Positions 42,358 through 52,515 of a stretch of DNA of 64,000 bases are shown here, piece after piece. The translations under genes and the position numbers were made by a program. The notes under the pieces are model-generated. The model was not told where the DNA came from and made no database searches. It saw nothing but the letters and a program-made list of their open reading frames with translations. The stretch spans positions 45,374-109,373 of the forward strand of contig CAYLQQ010000002.1 of assembly GCA_964386355.1 (NCBI GenBank). The letters are read 5' to 3'. The stretch comes from an uncultured Pseudomonadales bacterium (GTDB taxonomy: Bacteria; Patescibacteriota; Microgenomatia; UBA1400; UBA1449). Positions within the stretch are counted from its first letter, which is position 1. Every line of letters begins with the position of its first letter.

Positions 42358-43578
42358 TCAAACTTTAAACTGGCCTTGGTCGTATATTACTTGCATAGAA
42401 CCATTGCTGGTGAATGCCTCTACTTTACGAGGAGCTGTGGATACTATATCTGTATGTACTGCTGAATCATTAAATCCCAGTTTATCCCAATCTTTTTTGG
42501 TCATCTTATTCATTTGACCCGTAAAACAGTCGTTGTATGCTCTACCTAGGGCAATGTGTGTATTGCCCTGAGGTCCACCCATATTTTCATCATATAATGT
42601 TTCTGCCATAAAGTGGGTTATATGGGAAAACCGCCCATCAGTAAGCGAAAATTCACCTACTTTATCTGCGTTTTTAGTAGCTATCATAGTTTTTAAAATT
42701 GCATAATTATGAGAAGCATGAGACTTGGTTACTATACCGTTTTTAAACTCGAGTTCTACATCTTTGATAAGGTTGCCATAGACATATAGGGGTTGGTTGA
42801 ATTTAATCCAGCCGTTAGTGCCTCTCCAGTTTGGTGAGGTGAAAATCTCAAAGCTAGGAATATTGCGGCCACCACCCCCTTTCCACATACGTTCATTTCC
42901 TATTGCTATCCACAAATCGACATCTGGACCGATCATATGGATCTTCTCAATCTTCATTCCCGTAAGCGTGTTACGAATCAGTTCATTGGCAGCCGATACT
43001 TCTTTCCACTTTGCGATCGGATCTTTTTCCTGCAAAAAACAACCATCAATAATTTGTTGCCAATATTGTTCGAGCGTTAATCCAGCTTCTTTAGCCATCT
43101 CGGCCGTACCGTATAAACCCAATGTCCAGGTGAATTTATTTATATTTTCCTTATCAAACAACCAATCTGAATAAGGCTTCATTGCCTTCGTTGTAGCCAG
43201 TATTTTTTGAGGATCAATGCCTTGCAGAACATGTTTGTTGCGTGTTGAGATAATGGATATTGTGTGGTCAAGCTGATCGGATAGACCTTTTAGATATTTC
43301 TTGGGGAAAAAAGACAATTGATCGTCAGAAGCTAATTCATAAAAATCCCGCGTAGGCATGTTTTTGGCATCATCTTCAGCAATATAGTGACTGATGACAT
43401 GAGCCCCAGCTCTTAAAGCTGTACGTCTCAATTCCAAGAATAAGGGTTTGGCTGATTCCGAGGCTGAGATTCGAACCACTTCGCCTTTTTTAATTCCTTC
43501 TCCGCTATTTAGGGCAAAATTAACCAGAACACGTGCGTACTTTTGTAGGATTTCTTGAGATGGTGTGTAGTGAGTCAT
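42358..43578 (-). CDS. aminopeptidase, M29 (AmpS/PepS) family
   Basis: N-terminal KYARVLVNFALNSGEGIKKGEVVRISA matches the aminopeptidase T/S family start pattern; length 406 aa. Confidence 0.55.
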   Translation of the reverse strand: MTHYTPSQEILQKYARVLVNFALNSGEGIKKGEVVRISASESAKPLFLELRRTALRAGAHVISHYIAEDDAKNMPTRDFYELASDDQLSFFPKKYLKGLSDQLDHTISIISTRNKHVLQGIDPQKILATTKAMKPYSDWLFDKENINKFTWTLGLYGTAEMAKEAGLTLEQYWQQIIDGCFLQEKDPIAKWKEVSAANELIRNTLTGMKIEKIHMIGPDVDLWIAIGNERMWKGGGGRNIPSFEIFTSPNWRGTNGWIKFNQPLYVYGNLIKDVELEFKNGIVTKSHASHNYAILKTMIATKNADKVGEFSLTDGRFSHITHFMAETLYDENMGGPQGNTHIALGRAYNDCFTGQMNKMTKKDWDKLGFNDSAVHTDIVSTAPRKVEAFTSNGSMQVIYDQGQFKV

Positions 43579-43623
43579 ATAGTACTAAGTGACAAGTAAC
43601 GGAATGGATTGTACCATTTGCTT

Positions 43624-44691
43624 ATGTTTATTGGAAAAAGTGAATTATTAGGTCGCTATAATAACATCAGGAACATACTAGCACTAGGAAAATTGGATGC
43701 GGTATTAATTTCCAGTTCTCAAAACATTTTCTATCTGAGCAATTTCAAGTCGTTGAGTCATGATGAACGGGAAGCATTTGTATTGGTTGAACCCGACAGT
43801 ATGACTATGATTAGCTCGGCTTTGTTTACAAGTCAGCTTGAACACGTGCATGCTGGTTTAAAAATTATTACAGACTCCAAAGGCATGTATGCTAGTTTAC
43901 GAGAGCTTTGTAAGAATAAGCGGATTGGTTTTGAAGAACATGACTTGAGAATGAACGAGTATGAGTTTTTGTTAAAATCTGCCGTTTCACTCAAAGGTAT
44001 TAGCAAACAACTGCTTAACTTTAGATCAATAAAAAGCAGCTATGAAATAGAAGCAATGAAAGAAGTTGAGAAAATCACTCAAACATGCCTGGATGGGATT
44101 ATAAAATCAATACGTACCGGTCAAACAGAAAGAGAAATTGCATGGTTGATAGAGCAGAACTTTAGAGAGTTGGGAGCTGAAGGTTCTGCATTTCCTCCTA
44201 TAGTAGCCAGTGGACCTAATTCAGGATCACCTCACCATACTTGTAGTGACCGAGTCATACAAAATGGAGATATAGTATTGTTAGATATCGGGGCTCGAAA
44301 AGATGAGTATTGTGGTGATATTACCAGGACTTGTATGGTGGGTGGTGAAACAGACCAATACACGCAAACATATAACCTAGTGAAAAAGGCTCATGATACA
44401 GGACTATCATTAATTAAACCTGGAGTGAAGTTTGCTGATGTGGACTTGGGAGTGAGAAAGGTATTTGAAGATGCTGGTGAGCTTGAACAGTATGTACATA
44501 CCAGTGGTCATGGGCTGGGTGTTGGGATTCATGAATACCCAAGCATTTCGTATAAAGCTGAGGGAACTTTGGAAGAGGGCATGGTAATTACTATGGAACC
44601 TGGTCTTTATTACGACTGGGGTGGGGTAAGGATCGAAGATGTGGTTGTGGTTACAAAAGATGGTTTTGATACAATATCAAGACTTGATTAA
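43624..44691 (+). CDS. Xaa-Pro aminopeptidase / M24B family peptidase
   Basis: HGLGVGIHEYP, ITMEPGLYY, and DIGARKDEYCGDITRT metal-ligand blocks. The tracked ORF starts at TTG 43609; first ATG is 43624. Confidence 0.8.
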   Translation: MFIGKSELLGRYNNIRNILALGKLDAVLISSSQNIFYLSNFKSLSHDEREAFVLVEPDSMTMISSALFTSQLEHVHAGLKIITDSKGMYASLRELCKNKRIGFEEHDLRMNEYEFLLKSAVSLKGISKQLLNFRSIKSSYEIEAMKEVEKITQTCLDGIIKSIRTGQTEREIAWLIEQNFRELGAEGSAFPPIVASGPNSGSPHHTCSDRVIQNGDIVLLDIGARKDEYCGDITRTCMVGGETDQYTQTYNLVKKAHDTGLSLIKPGVKFADVDLGVRKVFEDAGELEQYVHTSGHGLGVGIHEYPSISYKAEGTLEEGMVITMEPGLYYDWGGVRIEDVVVVTKDGFDTISRLD

Positions 44692-45171
44692 CTACAGGCT
44701 TATATCTGTTGATGAACCAACAGTTACACCATTTTTTTGACTCCATCCGGCAGGGACTTCAAGCACGTAATCGATAGGCAGAACAGAAGAATAGTGTTTG
44801 AGTTGATTTTGGGGTATGTTTGGTTCTGGTTTGACATGTTCATAAAGAGTTACCACTTTACTATCCATAATAAATATCATATCGATCGGAATCAGCATAT
44901 CCTTCATCCAGAATGTGACTTCTTGAGGCGGAGCATAGGGGAAAAGCATCCCGGCACCTTCTTTTAGCTCGCCCCTACCAGACAGACCCTGCATTTGCTT
45001 TTCCGGAGTATTGGCAATTTCGACTTCAAGAGAAATCCCATTAACTTCTATTGCGGGTGATTTTTCTGACATCTTTGCCTGGGGGACAAGTATGCTTTTA
45101 TTTTGTCTAATAAAAAGCATAGCCGCTAATAACAAGATAATAAAAATACTTACAAAGAATAGCTTGGGCAT
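44692..45171 (-). CDS. DUF192-domain protein (COG1430-like), secreted/anchored
   Basis: GMLFPYAPPQEVTFWMKDMLIPIDMIFI is the DUF192 core. The tracked ORF starts at TTG 45201; ATG at 45171 precedes a TM. Confidence 0.5.
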   Translation of the reverse strand: MPKLFFVSIFIILLLAAMLFIRQNKSILVPQAKMSEKSPAIEVNGISLEVEIANTPEKQMQGLSGRGELKEGAGMLFPYAPPQEVTFWMKDMLIPIDMIFIMDSKVVTLYEHVKPEPNIPQNQLKHYSSVLPIDYVLEVPAGWSQKNGVTVGSSTDISL

Positions 45172-45244
45172 AAAATTAAAGTATAACCAAATTACTCTCA
45201 AATTTAAATCTGTACTTTTATATGCCTGACTCTACATTAAATGC

Positions 45245-46345
45245 ATGCCTCTATTGGAACAGAAAACAAGATTGCCCGCGTATGGTGAAACCATGATTAG
45301 TTTTCAGGGGAGAGCTGAAGAGCTTCTTAGATTAAATGGCTGTCCTGATCGGATGATCTCAGCTGGTTGGCAAACATGGATTGATAATGCTAGAGCATTA
45401 AACAATTTGGAAAGAGATTTGAGGGGTGAGAATTACGAACAGTTTGGGTTATTTGTAACACATACAGACTCACTAACACATCAAATCCAAGCTGCATGGT
45501 GGCCGATACCCGGATTAAACACATTTTCAGCAAAAGGCCGGAGAGATAGGGAAGCATTGTTTGATGACCATAATGGAGGATTCGCGCTTCACTGGTTTGA
45601 CAGACAAAACAGTTCAACAAGAGCATGTATAAGACGCGGCTATCATGCCGCAGTCTGTTTAGTAACTTCAGACGGGGTTGTAATAGCCCAAACCAAGCAG
45701 TATCCGGGAAAACCCATAACTGCAGATATTATTGGAGGCGGACCTGACATGGATATGCCTCTTGCGCACGGACTGGTAGCACAACTTGAAGCTATTCAAG
45801 AATTGTGTTTGGTTGGAAATGACGGATATATTCATATACCGAAAATTTCGGAAACCATATCAGATATAGATCTAATGAGAATGTTTGCTGCCAGAATGGC
45901 ATCCTTGGATCGAGCAGGAGCCTTGCGTGATAGTCCAGTTCCATGGCATTTACCAGTAAAGATTATAGAAGCCCATGAAAAATTCAGAGGAATGGATAGA
46001 ATTGTCATGCATGATGAAGTTGGACAAGTTGTCGATTGTGGTGATGATGCTATGCTTTGCATAAATGGGGTTGGATATGATGCTGTACATATCAGGCAAT
46101 TACCTCAGCCTGCCTCAGCTTATTCCCAATTTATTGATGTAGAATATTTGGATGGAGATGAGCACCCAAGTTACAGACAGGGAGATGTACTTTGCGTTCC
46201 ATTTAACGAGTTAGTTAGATCAGGTGATTTATGCATGTATCATTATGTATCTTCAGATGGTCAGAAAAGAACTGCTGAACTACCCGCAAATAAATGTTTA
46301 GGCAGTTTTATTAAACGGGCTAGATTATTAGGTTTGCAGCTGTGA
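45245..46345 (+). CDS. hypothetical protein (366 aa), compositionally somewhat GC-richer than neighbours
   Basis: ATG start; Cys/His-containing (CINGVGYDAVH, CLVGNDGYIH); no family recognised. Confidence 0.4.
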   Translation: MPLLEQKTRLPAYGETMISFQGRAEELLRLNGCPDRMISAGWQTWIDNARALNNLERDLRGENYEQFGLFVTHTDSLTHQIQAAWWPIPGLNTFSAKGRRDREALFDDHNGGFALHWFDRQNSSTRACIRRGYHAAVCLVTSDGVVIAQTKQYPGKPITADIIGGGPDMDMPLAHGLVAQLEAIQELCLVGNDGYIHIPKISETISDIDLMRMFAARMASLDRAGALRDSPVPWHLPVKIIEAHEKFRGMDRIVMHDEVGQVVDCGDDAMLCINGVGYDAVHIRQLPQPASAYSQFIDVEYLDGDEHPSYRQGDVLCVPFNELVRSGDLCMYHYVSSDGQKRTAELPANKCLGSFIKRARLLGLQL

Positions 46346-47008
46346 TTATTTGCATAGAACAAACATATTTGATAGGTTTCTGATCAGCTTTATATCAGAA
46401 AAATGTTTTTCAAGCTGTTTGATCAGCTTGGGAACCTTTTGTTTGTATTGGTCAAAGAAGAGATGATTAACCAGTAATTGACCTTGGGGATTAATAGTGT
46501 GTCTTATTTTATCTAGAAATTGTGTTTGATATAATTGCTTAGGTATCTCATGACCCTGGTACAGATCTACCAAGACTAGATCGTATTTCTGATTACAGTT
46601 TTGTATCCAGTGAAAACAGTTAGATTGAATTAGTTGTAAGGAAACAGAATTATTATTACGTACAGTTCTAAAATATTTTTCATAGATTACAATCATGACC
46701 GGATCTATTTCAATGCCTGTGATTTGGGCATTGGGGAATTTTTTAAATAGGAGTTGGGCAGCGGTACCACCGCCAAAGCCGAGGATCAATATTTGTAAGG
46801 GTACATCATGATGCACCCCTACTGATTTCAATGGTTTCTGCCATAGGTCTTTGATAATACTTCCGGATTGCAGCAGGCCTCCAGCATAAATTTTCCGCTG
46901 CCCAAATTGTTCGACAACCATAACCTCCCCGTTATACTGAGAATTGTATGTTTCTATTGTGTTTGGGAATAAAAATTTAGATGCTTTACTTAGAACCATA
47001 GTACTCAT
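46346..47008 (-). CDS. spermidine-synthase-like SAM-dependent methyltransferase-fold protein
   Basis: ILILGFGGGTAAQLL, then ITGIEIDPVMI and VLVDLYQGHEIP, resembles the PABS family. Confidence 0.45.
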   Translation of the reverse strand: MSTMVLSKASKFLFPNTIETYNSQYNGEVMVVEQFGQRKIYAGGLLQSGSIIKDLWQKPLKSVGVHHDVPLQILILGFGGGTAAQLLFKKFPNAQITGIEIDPVMIVIYEKYFRTVRNNNSVSLQLIQSNCFHWIQNCNQKYDLVLVDLYQGHEIPKQLYQTQFLDKIRHTINPQGQLLVNHLFFDQYKQKVPKLIKQLEKHFSDIKLIRNLSNMFVLCK

Positions 47009-47022
47009 GATACAATAAATTT

Positions 47023-47412
47023 ATGAAAAGTGTTGTTGTCTGTGCTTCAAAAAAATACAAAGATGAAGTAGCCCAGTTTTGCGACAAGCTGAGAAAGCTG
47101 GGTGTTCTGGTATTTGAACCGAGTATAAGCAAGCCAATATTTGAAAATCAGCAATTTGATACTGAACACCTGACAAAAGTAATATTTAAAGGATTAACTC
47201 TCGAACATTTTGACTGGATTAGAAAAGCAGATGTGTGTTACATATTCAATAAAAATGGGTATGTAGGAACAAGTGTCAGTTTAGAAATGGGTTATGCAAC
47301 AGCCTTGGGTAAACCAATATTTGCTCTAGAACCCAAAACAGGAGATCCATGCAGGGATTCATTGATTGATAAAGTTATACCTTCTGCTCAGGAACTTGTT
47401 AAAATTCTTTGA
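47023..47412 (+). CDS. nucleoside 2-deoxyribosyltransferase-like protein
   Basis: ADVCYIFNKNGYVGTSVSLEMGYATALGKPIF carries the family's catalytic-Glu motif E(L/M)GYA. Confidence 0.4.
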   Translation: MKSVVVCASKKYKDEVAQFCDKLRKLGVLVFEPSISKPIFENQQFDTEHLTKVIFKGLTLEHFDWIRKADVCYIFNKNGYVGTSVSLEMGYATALGKPIFALEPKTGDPCRDSLIDKVIPSAQELVKIL

Positions 47413-47433
47413 TCTAGAGACTTTAGTTATCTG

Positions 47434-47745
47434 TCATGCTGAACTGGTTTCAGCATCCCCATAAAGATTCATTAGATTATTAAAATTTGGATTGACTGAT
47501 TTAATTAGGTTTATTTTCCATTGCCTATGCCACTTTTTTAGCTGCTTTTCTCTGGCAATAGCTTGAGTAATATTTTCAAATACTTCAAAATAGAACAGTT
47601 TATCCACGTTATATTTGCTTGTGAAAGAATGAGTAATTTTATGCTCGTGTTGCCATTCTCTTTTTATTAAATTACTGGTTACACCAATATAGAAAACGGT
47701 GTTGTGCTTATTGGTAAGAATATATATGTAACCACTCATAGACAT
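47434..47745 (-). CDS. small GIY-YIG nuclease-family protein (COG2827-like)
   Basis: GYIYILTNKHNTVFYIGVTSNLIKREWQH is a GIY-YIG core. The long ORF to 47871 would overlap serS by 90 nt; the internal ATG at 47745 is preferred. Confidence 0.65.
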   Translation of the reverse strand: MSMSGYIYILTNKHNTVFYIGVTSNLIKREWQHEHKITHSFTSKYNVDKLFYFEVFENITQAIAREKQLKKWHRQWKINLIKSVNPNFNNLMNLYGDAETSSA

Positions 47746-47779
47746 AAGGGGATCCTGAAACAAGTTCAGGATGACACAT

Positions 47780-49048
47780 TTATCTAATGTTCTCTTTACC
47801 CATGTACGATTGTAGTACTTTTGGTACATATACCGATCCATCTGCTTGTTGGAAATTTTCCAAAACTGCAATTAGAATCCTCGGGCTGGCAATAGCAGTA
47901 TTATTGAGCATGTGGACAAATTTTATTTGGCCATCCTTGGCTTGGTACTTAACATTTGCTCGTCTTGATTGGTACTCACCCATCATTGAGCAAGACATGG
48001 TTTCACCATACTCCTGCCTTCCGGGCATCCAAGTTTCGATATCATACTTTTTGACTTGAGGCTCACCCATATCGCCAGTACACATAAGTAACACGTGATA
48101 TGGGAGACCTAATTCCTGAAGAATTTCTTCTGAATATGATCTTAGATTCTCATGCCATTTCTTTGATTCTTCCCAGTCATTTTTACATATAATAACCTGT
48201 TCAACCTTAGCAAATTCATGAATGCGGTAAATTCCTTTTGTATCTTTGCCGTAACTACCGATCTCCCGCCTGAAGCACTGGCTATATCCTGCATACAACT
48301 TTGGCAGTTCTTTTTCTGGTAAAGTTTCATCCATGTGGTATGACACAAGCGGAACTTCGGCTGTACCTGCCAGGTAGCGGGCATCCTGATTGTCTTTATC
48401 ATCATATGTTTTGTAGACATCTTCTTTACCCCAAGGGAAATGGGCAGTGTTGTAAAACGGACGTTCGAGTAAAACAGTGGGAGGAATTACCGGAGTGAAG
48501 CCTTTTTCTATTAATTTTTTTAGTGCAAATTGCAGAATTGCCAAGTGAAGTAGGGCACCATCTCCCTTTAGGTAATAACCTCGAAATCCTGCAACCTTTA
48601 CACCCCTGTCCATGTCAAGTATTCCTAGGTCTAAACCCAGTTGGATATGGTCTTTAGGCTGGAAATCGAACTTGGTAGGCTCCCCCCACTTTGAGATCTC
48701 AATGTTACCGCTGCTGTCTTTACCAATGGGGACTTCTGGAGCAGGGACGTTTGGAATAGTGAACATCAATCTATCATATTCCTGTTCAACCTCTCTCAGT
48801 TGCGGTTCAAGGGCTGCTAATTGGTCTTTGAGTGCTTTGCCCTGGTCAATTATCTCCTGACTTGGTTTGCCAAACACCCCTTTCATCAGGTCATTGCGCT
48901 GCTTGCGAATTTCTTCAGTTTGCTTAATTAAGCTGCGTCGTTTCTCATCAGCTGCTAATAGTTCGTCTATGGTATCTTTGACACCTTTACTTGCAGCAGC
49001 CTGCTTGACCAAGTCTTTGTTGTCACGGATGAATTGGATATCTAGCAT
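47780..49048 (-). CDS. serS: seryl-tRNA synthetase
   Basis: N-terminal coiled coil; motif 2 FRREIGSYGKDTKGIYRIHEF; motif 3 region; 422 aa. Confidence 0.9.
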   Translation of the reverse strand: MLDIQFIRDNKDLVKQAAASKGVKDTIDELLAADEKRRSLIKQTEEIRKQRNDLMKGVFGKPSQEIIDQGKALKDQLAALEPQLREVEQEYDRLMFTIPNVPAPEVPIGKDSSGNIEISKWGEPTKFDFQPKDHIQLGLDLGILDMDRGVKVAGFRGYYLKGDGALLHLAILQFALKKLIEKGFTPVIPPTVLLERPFYNTAHFPWGKEDVYKTYDDKDNQDARYLAGTAEVPLVSYHMDETLPEKELPKLYAGYSQCFRREIGSYGKDTKGIYRIHEFAKVEQVIICKNDWEESKKWHENLRSYSEEILQELGLPYHVLLMCTGDMGEPQVKKYDIETWMPGRQEYGETMSCSMMGEYQSRRANVKYQAKDGQIKFVHMLNNTAIASPRILIAVLENFQQADGSVYVPKVLQSYMGKENIR

Positions 49049-49300
49049 ATTTGATATTTAGAATTAAGAACAATGAATTTAGCAAATAAATTCAATTATG
49101 TTCTATTTTTCATTTTATGTGCTCTTAATTACCAAAAACCGCCACTAACCCTATACGTAAAAGGGCCAATATGGCGGTACCACCTTTATTTTGTCGCTAA
49201 AAGCATCGCTTTTAACTTCCTCAACCTGCTGTAACGGGCTTACCCGGGCTTGCATTTCCTCAAGCCAACTCGACAGTTGGAAGCTGTCTCAAATGTTGTT
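49049..49300 (-). promoter_or_regulatory. T-box-like riboswitch leader of serS (Ser specifier UCC)
   Basis: On the minus-strand RNA, a T-box sequence AAUAAAGGUGGUACCGCC (plus strand 49171-49190) overlaps a terminator, CCGCCAU...GUGGCGG followed by UUUUU (49134-49179). The specifier-like hairpin GACAG-CUUCCAA-CUGUC (49272-49288) and the CGGGUAAGCCCG and AGCAGG blocks are shared with the aspS leader. Confidence 0.6.
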
Positions 49301-49316
49301 ATATATAGATACTATA

Positions 49317-49619
49317 TCACCTATACCATCTTAATTCCAACGCTGTGATATCAACAGCTGGACATCCACAGGTAGCGTATTTTTCCTGATCGCCAAACGG
49401 ATCGATTGTAATGATACCCATCGTTGGGGTGTTTTTTGAATTTTCTCTAAGCTCTTGTTGTGCAAGATATGCTTTAAAATCCTCAGGTAAGCAAGTAGTG
49501 TCCATTCTGGTTAATTGTGAAGCTTTTTGATGATATTCTTGTTGCTCAAACAATGCCCATAAACAAATATTGCCATTTGTGACTGCTAATCTACGAGAAC
49601 ATTTTTGTTCAACTGACAT
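49317..49619 (-). CDS. small Cys-containing hypothetical protein (100 aa)
   Basis: ATG ORF; a CGCP motif near the C-terminus. Confidence 0.35.
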   Translation of the reverse strand: MSVEQKCSRRLAVTNGNICLWALFEQQEYHQKASQLTRMDTTCLPEDFKAYLAQQELRENSKNTPTMGIITIDPFGDQEKYATCGCPAVDITALELRWYR

Positions 49620-49659
49620 ATAGAAAAGAATTTATATAATATTGTTTGCTGGGATTGTA

Positions 49660-50121
49660 TCACCTCAAGATTTGTAGTGCCTGGGAAATGATATGCTGAG
49701 TATTTGGAAGACAATCGAGATGAGCAATTTCTGTTTCCGTAAACCATCGCATCTCACCTGTTTCATGGTCCGGATCACTATTTATTGGGTGTTGATCTCC
49801 AATTTCTACAATAAACGCAAGCAGTAATAGATGTACGTTTGAAGAGAACGTATCGCCGTCTTTTCTCCACGTATTTGTAACTACTATTGGGTGAGGATAT
49901 CTAATATCTGGGGTTACAGATAATTCTTCTTGAAACTCTCTAATAATCGTTTGTTGCGGAGTTTCTCCAAACTCCATTTCCCCTCCGGATAATTGCCATT
50001 TAAGGTGGATGCTAAGTCTATTGGGAGCTACTCTTTGGGTTAGAAAAAATTCGTACTCTTGCCCCTTTTTACGTATCGGCAATCCAAGGACTCCAACGAT
50101 AATCTTTTCAGAATTTTTCAT
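49660..50121 (-). CDS. NUDIX hydrolase
   Basis: Nudix box GGEMEFGETPQQTIIREFQEELSV. Confidence 0.8.
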   Translation of the reverse strand: MKNSEKIIVGVLGLPIRKKGQEYEFFLTQRVAPNRLSIHLKWQLSGGEMEFGETPQQTIIREFQEELSVTPDIRYPHPIVVTNTWRKDGDTFSSNVHLLLLAFIVEIGDQHPINSDPDHETGEMRWFTETEIAHLDCLPNTQHIISQALQILR

Positions 50122-50123
50122 AA

Positions 50124-50687
50124 TTATAAACCTAATTCATCAGATATTCCCTGCATGGCTTTCAGACATATCCCAACAAAATCGGGGAATTTGATGCCAA
50201 GTTCCGGTTCGCATCGCTCTACATTTTCCCTTATTACACCTTTGGCAAAATCTCTTTTCGGCCATTTTTTGAGCACATTCTCTACTGTAGTATCTGCCAA
50301 TTTTTTAGAAGGCCTCATAAGAGTTACGGCGATGATAAAACCAGTCAGCTCATCGCAGCAGTAAAGTGACCAGTCCATTTTTGATTCCGGTTTGGGAAGA
50401 TCTTCTTTCCAGCCCCAGCCATGGGCTTTGACAGCTTGGATTATTTTAGGATCATATCCATCTTTTTCAAGCCATTCAAACACAAGAGAAGGATGTTTTT
50501 CTGGCTCGTTTTTTAGTATTTCGTAATCTGCATCATGCACGAGGCCGGCAATTTCCCACATCTGCTTATCTTCACCAAAATGCTTAGCCAACACTTTCAT
50601 ACAAGCTGCAACTGCCAGCATGTGTTTAATAAGGTTGGGGTTTTTGGCATTTTGATTAACGAGTGATAGAGCGTTTGTTTTATTCAT
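50124..50687 (-). CDS. HD-domain phosphohydrolase
   Basis: H...HD: KHMLAVAACM and LVHDADYE. Confidence 0.6.
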   Translation of the reverse strand: MNKTNALSLVNQNAKNPNLIKHMLAVAACMKVLAKHFGEDKQMWEIAGLVHDADYEILKNEPEKHPSLVFEWLEKDGYDPKIIQAVKAHGWGWKEDLPKPESKMDWSLYCCDELTGFIIAVTLMRPSKKLADTTVENVLKKWPKRDFAKGVIRENVERCEPELGIKFPDFVGICLKAMQGISDELGL

Positions 50688-50763
50688 GAGGGAAATTATA
50701 CCAAATTCGGCTTGTACGTGTTAAAATAAAAAATTACAGGAATTTCCCAATGTATAACCATTA

Positions 50764-51693
50764 TTGGCAAATTTTCATGTTCATATGAATATTCTTAATG
50801 TGGTGTGTCTATCCAAACACTACAAAAACTATAAAGCAGTCGATGATATAAGTTTCTCGCTCAAAGAAGGAGAGATACTGGGTTTTTTGGGTCCCAATGG
50901 AGCAGGTAAGACTACAACAATTCAGATGCTTTTGGGAGTTCTCACTCCAACATCTGGCAAAGTAAACTACTTTGGTAAAGATTTATTTACAAATCGAGAG
51001 GAAGTTTTAGAAAAAGTGAATTTTTCTTCAACCTATACTCACCTTCCTTGGCGTCTAACTGTTTGGGAAAATTTATTGTATACCAGCTACCTATACAATA
51101 TTCGGGACAGGAAAAAGCGTTTGGATAAGATAATTGACATTTTTAAACTTAAGAAACTGAGTAATCAGACAATGAGTGAGCTCTCTGCGGGACAGTTGAC
51201 AAGAGTAAATCTTGCTAAGTCATTTGTAAATTTTCCAAAAGTCTTGCTTTTGGATGAACCAACAGCCTCACTAGATCCTGATGTAGCTGCGTATATTCAT
51301 GATTTTCTGCTTAATCAGCGATCCCAGTTTCAAGTTTCTATAATTTTCACCTCACATAATATGGGTGAGGTTGAAAAACTTTGTGGAAGGATCATTTTTA
51401 TTAACAAAGGGAAAATCATTGCTGATGATACACCGAGTAACTTATCAAAAACGATTGAAATAAGCCACGTAACATTATTTATTCAAAAAGGAGAGCAGGA
51501 GGTTATGGATTACTGTAACAAGTACAAACTTTCATTGGCATTGGATGGTGCATATATGACTATTGATTGTAGAGAAAAGGAAATACCTAAAATCCTTCGT
51601 GATCTGATGGAACTAGGTGTTGGGTATAGTGAGATAAGCATTGATAAACCTAATTTGCAGGATTATTTTCTGGCAAAAGCCGGAGGCAAGTGA
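50764..51693 (+). CDS. ABC transporter ATP-binding protein
   Basis: GFLGPNGAGKTTT, LSAGQLTRVNLAKS, LLLDEPTASLD. Confidence 0.85.
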   Translation: MANFHVHMNILNVVCLSKHYKNYKAVDDISFSLKEGEILGFLGPNGAGKTTTIQMLLGVLTPTSGKVNYFGKDLFTNREEVLEKVNFSSTYTHLPWRLTVWENLLYTSYLYNIRDRKKRLDKIIDIFKLKKLSNQTMSELSAGQLTRVNLAKSFVNFPKVLLLDEPTASLDPDVAAYIHDFLLNQRSQFQVSIIFTSHNMGEVEKLCGRIIFINKGKIIADDTPSNLSKTIEISHVTLFIQKGEQEVMDYCNKYKLSLALDGAYMTIDCREKEIPKILRDLMELGVGYSEISIDKPNLQDYFLAKAGGK

Positions 51694-51695
51694 TA

Positions 51696-52480
51696 TGAAA
51701 TTTCATAGAATATTCGCCATAATTTTACGATTCATGATGCTGTTTAGGCGCAGTTATGACCGGATTTCGGATGTGTTTTATTGGCCGACAATTGATCTGT
51801 TGCTCTGGGGTTTGACCAGTCAGTTTTTTAGGAGCTTTAATCCTGAGGCTGATAAAGTCCTGATTATGATCATCACGGGAATTCTGTTTTGGATTATTGC
51901 CTGGAGAGCTCAGTATGAAATATCAGTTAATTTGCTGGAAGATTTATGGAATGAAAACTTTATCAATATTTTCGTTTCGCCGATCAAATTTTCCGAATGG
52001 GTTAGTGCCTTTCTGATAATCGGTGTATTAAAAGGTTTGATAAGTTTAGTATTTGCTGCCTTTATGGCATTCTTGCTTTACAAGGTCCAGATATTTGGCT
52101 ACGGATTCTATCTATTACCCTTTCTGTTCTCTCTATTACTGACTGGCTGGTGGGTGGGACTTTTTGTGGGTGGATTGATATTGCGATTTGGGACTAAGGT
52201 GCAAACGTTTGCCTGGACGCTGGTGATGGTATTATCTCCATTTGCAGCCATTTATTACCCTGTATCTATACTGCCGCACTGGGCGCAGATTGTAGCTAAA
52301 TTTGTACCGGCAAGTTATATTTTTGAAGGCGGGAGGAGTATTTTATACGAAGGTAGATTTGATAGCATAAACTTGCTATACAGCTTTGTTCTGAATTTTA
52401 TCTATTTGATTTTAGGGTATGTATTTATGAAAAAAAGTTTTAGCAAAATAATGAATAAGGGGATGGTGCACTTGAATTAA
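51696..52480 (+). CDS. ABC-2 family permease
   Basis: ATG 3 nt after the ATPase stop, with GGAGG upstream; 6 TM. Confidence 0.7.
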
Positions 52481-52515
52481 TATAATAATTATTTTGTAAC
52501 ACAAAATTAGTCAAT

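Noticed and set aside
47434-47745. GIY-YIG protein as a homing endonuclease or mobile element
   Set aside because: Only the ~100-aa stand-alone GIY-YIG fold (COG2827-like) is present. There is no intron, intein, DNA-binding extension or target duplication.
47434-47871. Long form of the GIY-YIG ORF overlapping the serS 3' end by about 90 nt
   Set aside because: The GIY-YIG core starts well inside, and an internal ATG (47745) 35 nt after the serS stop gives a normal ~100-aa protein.
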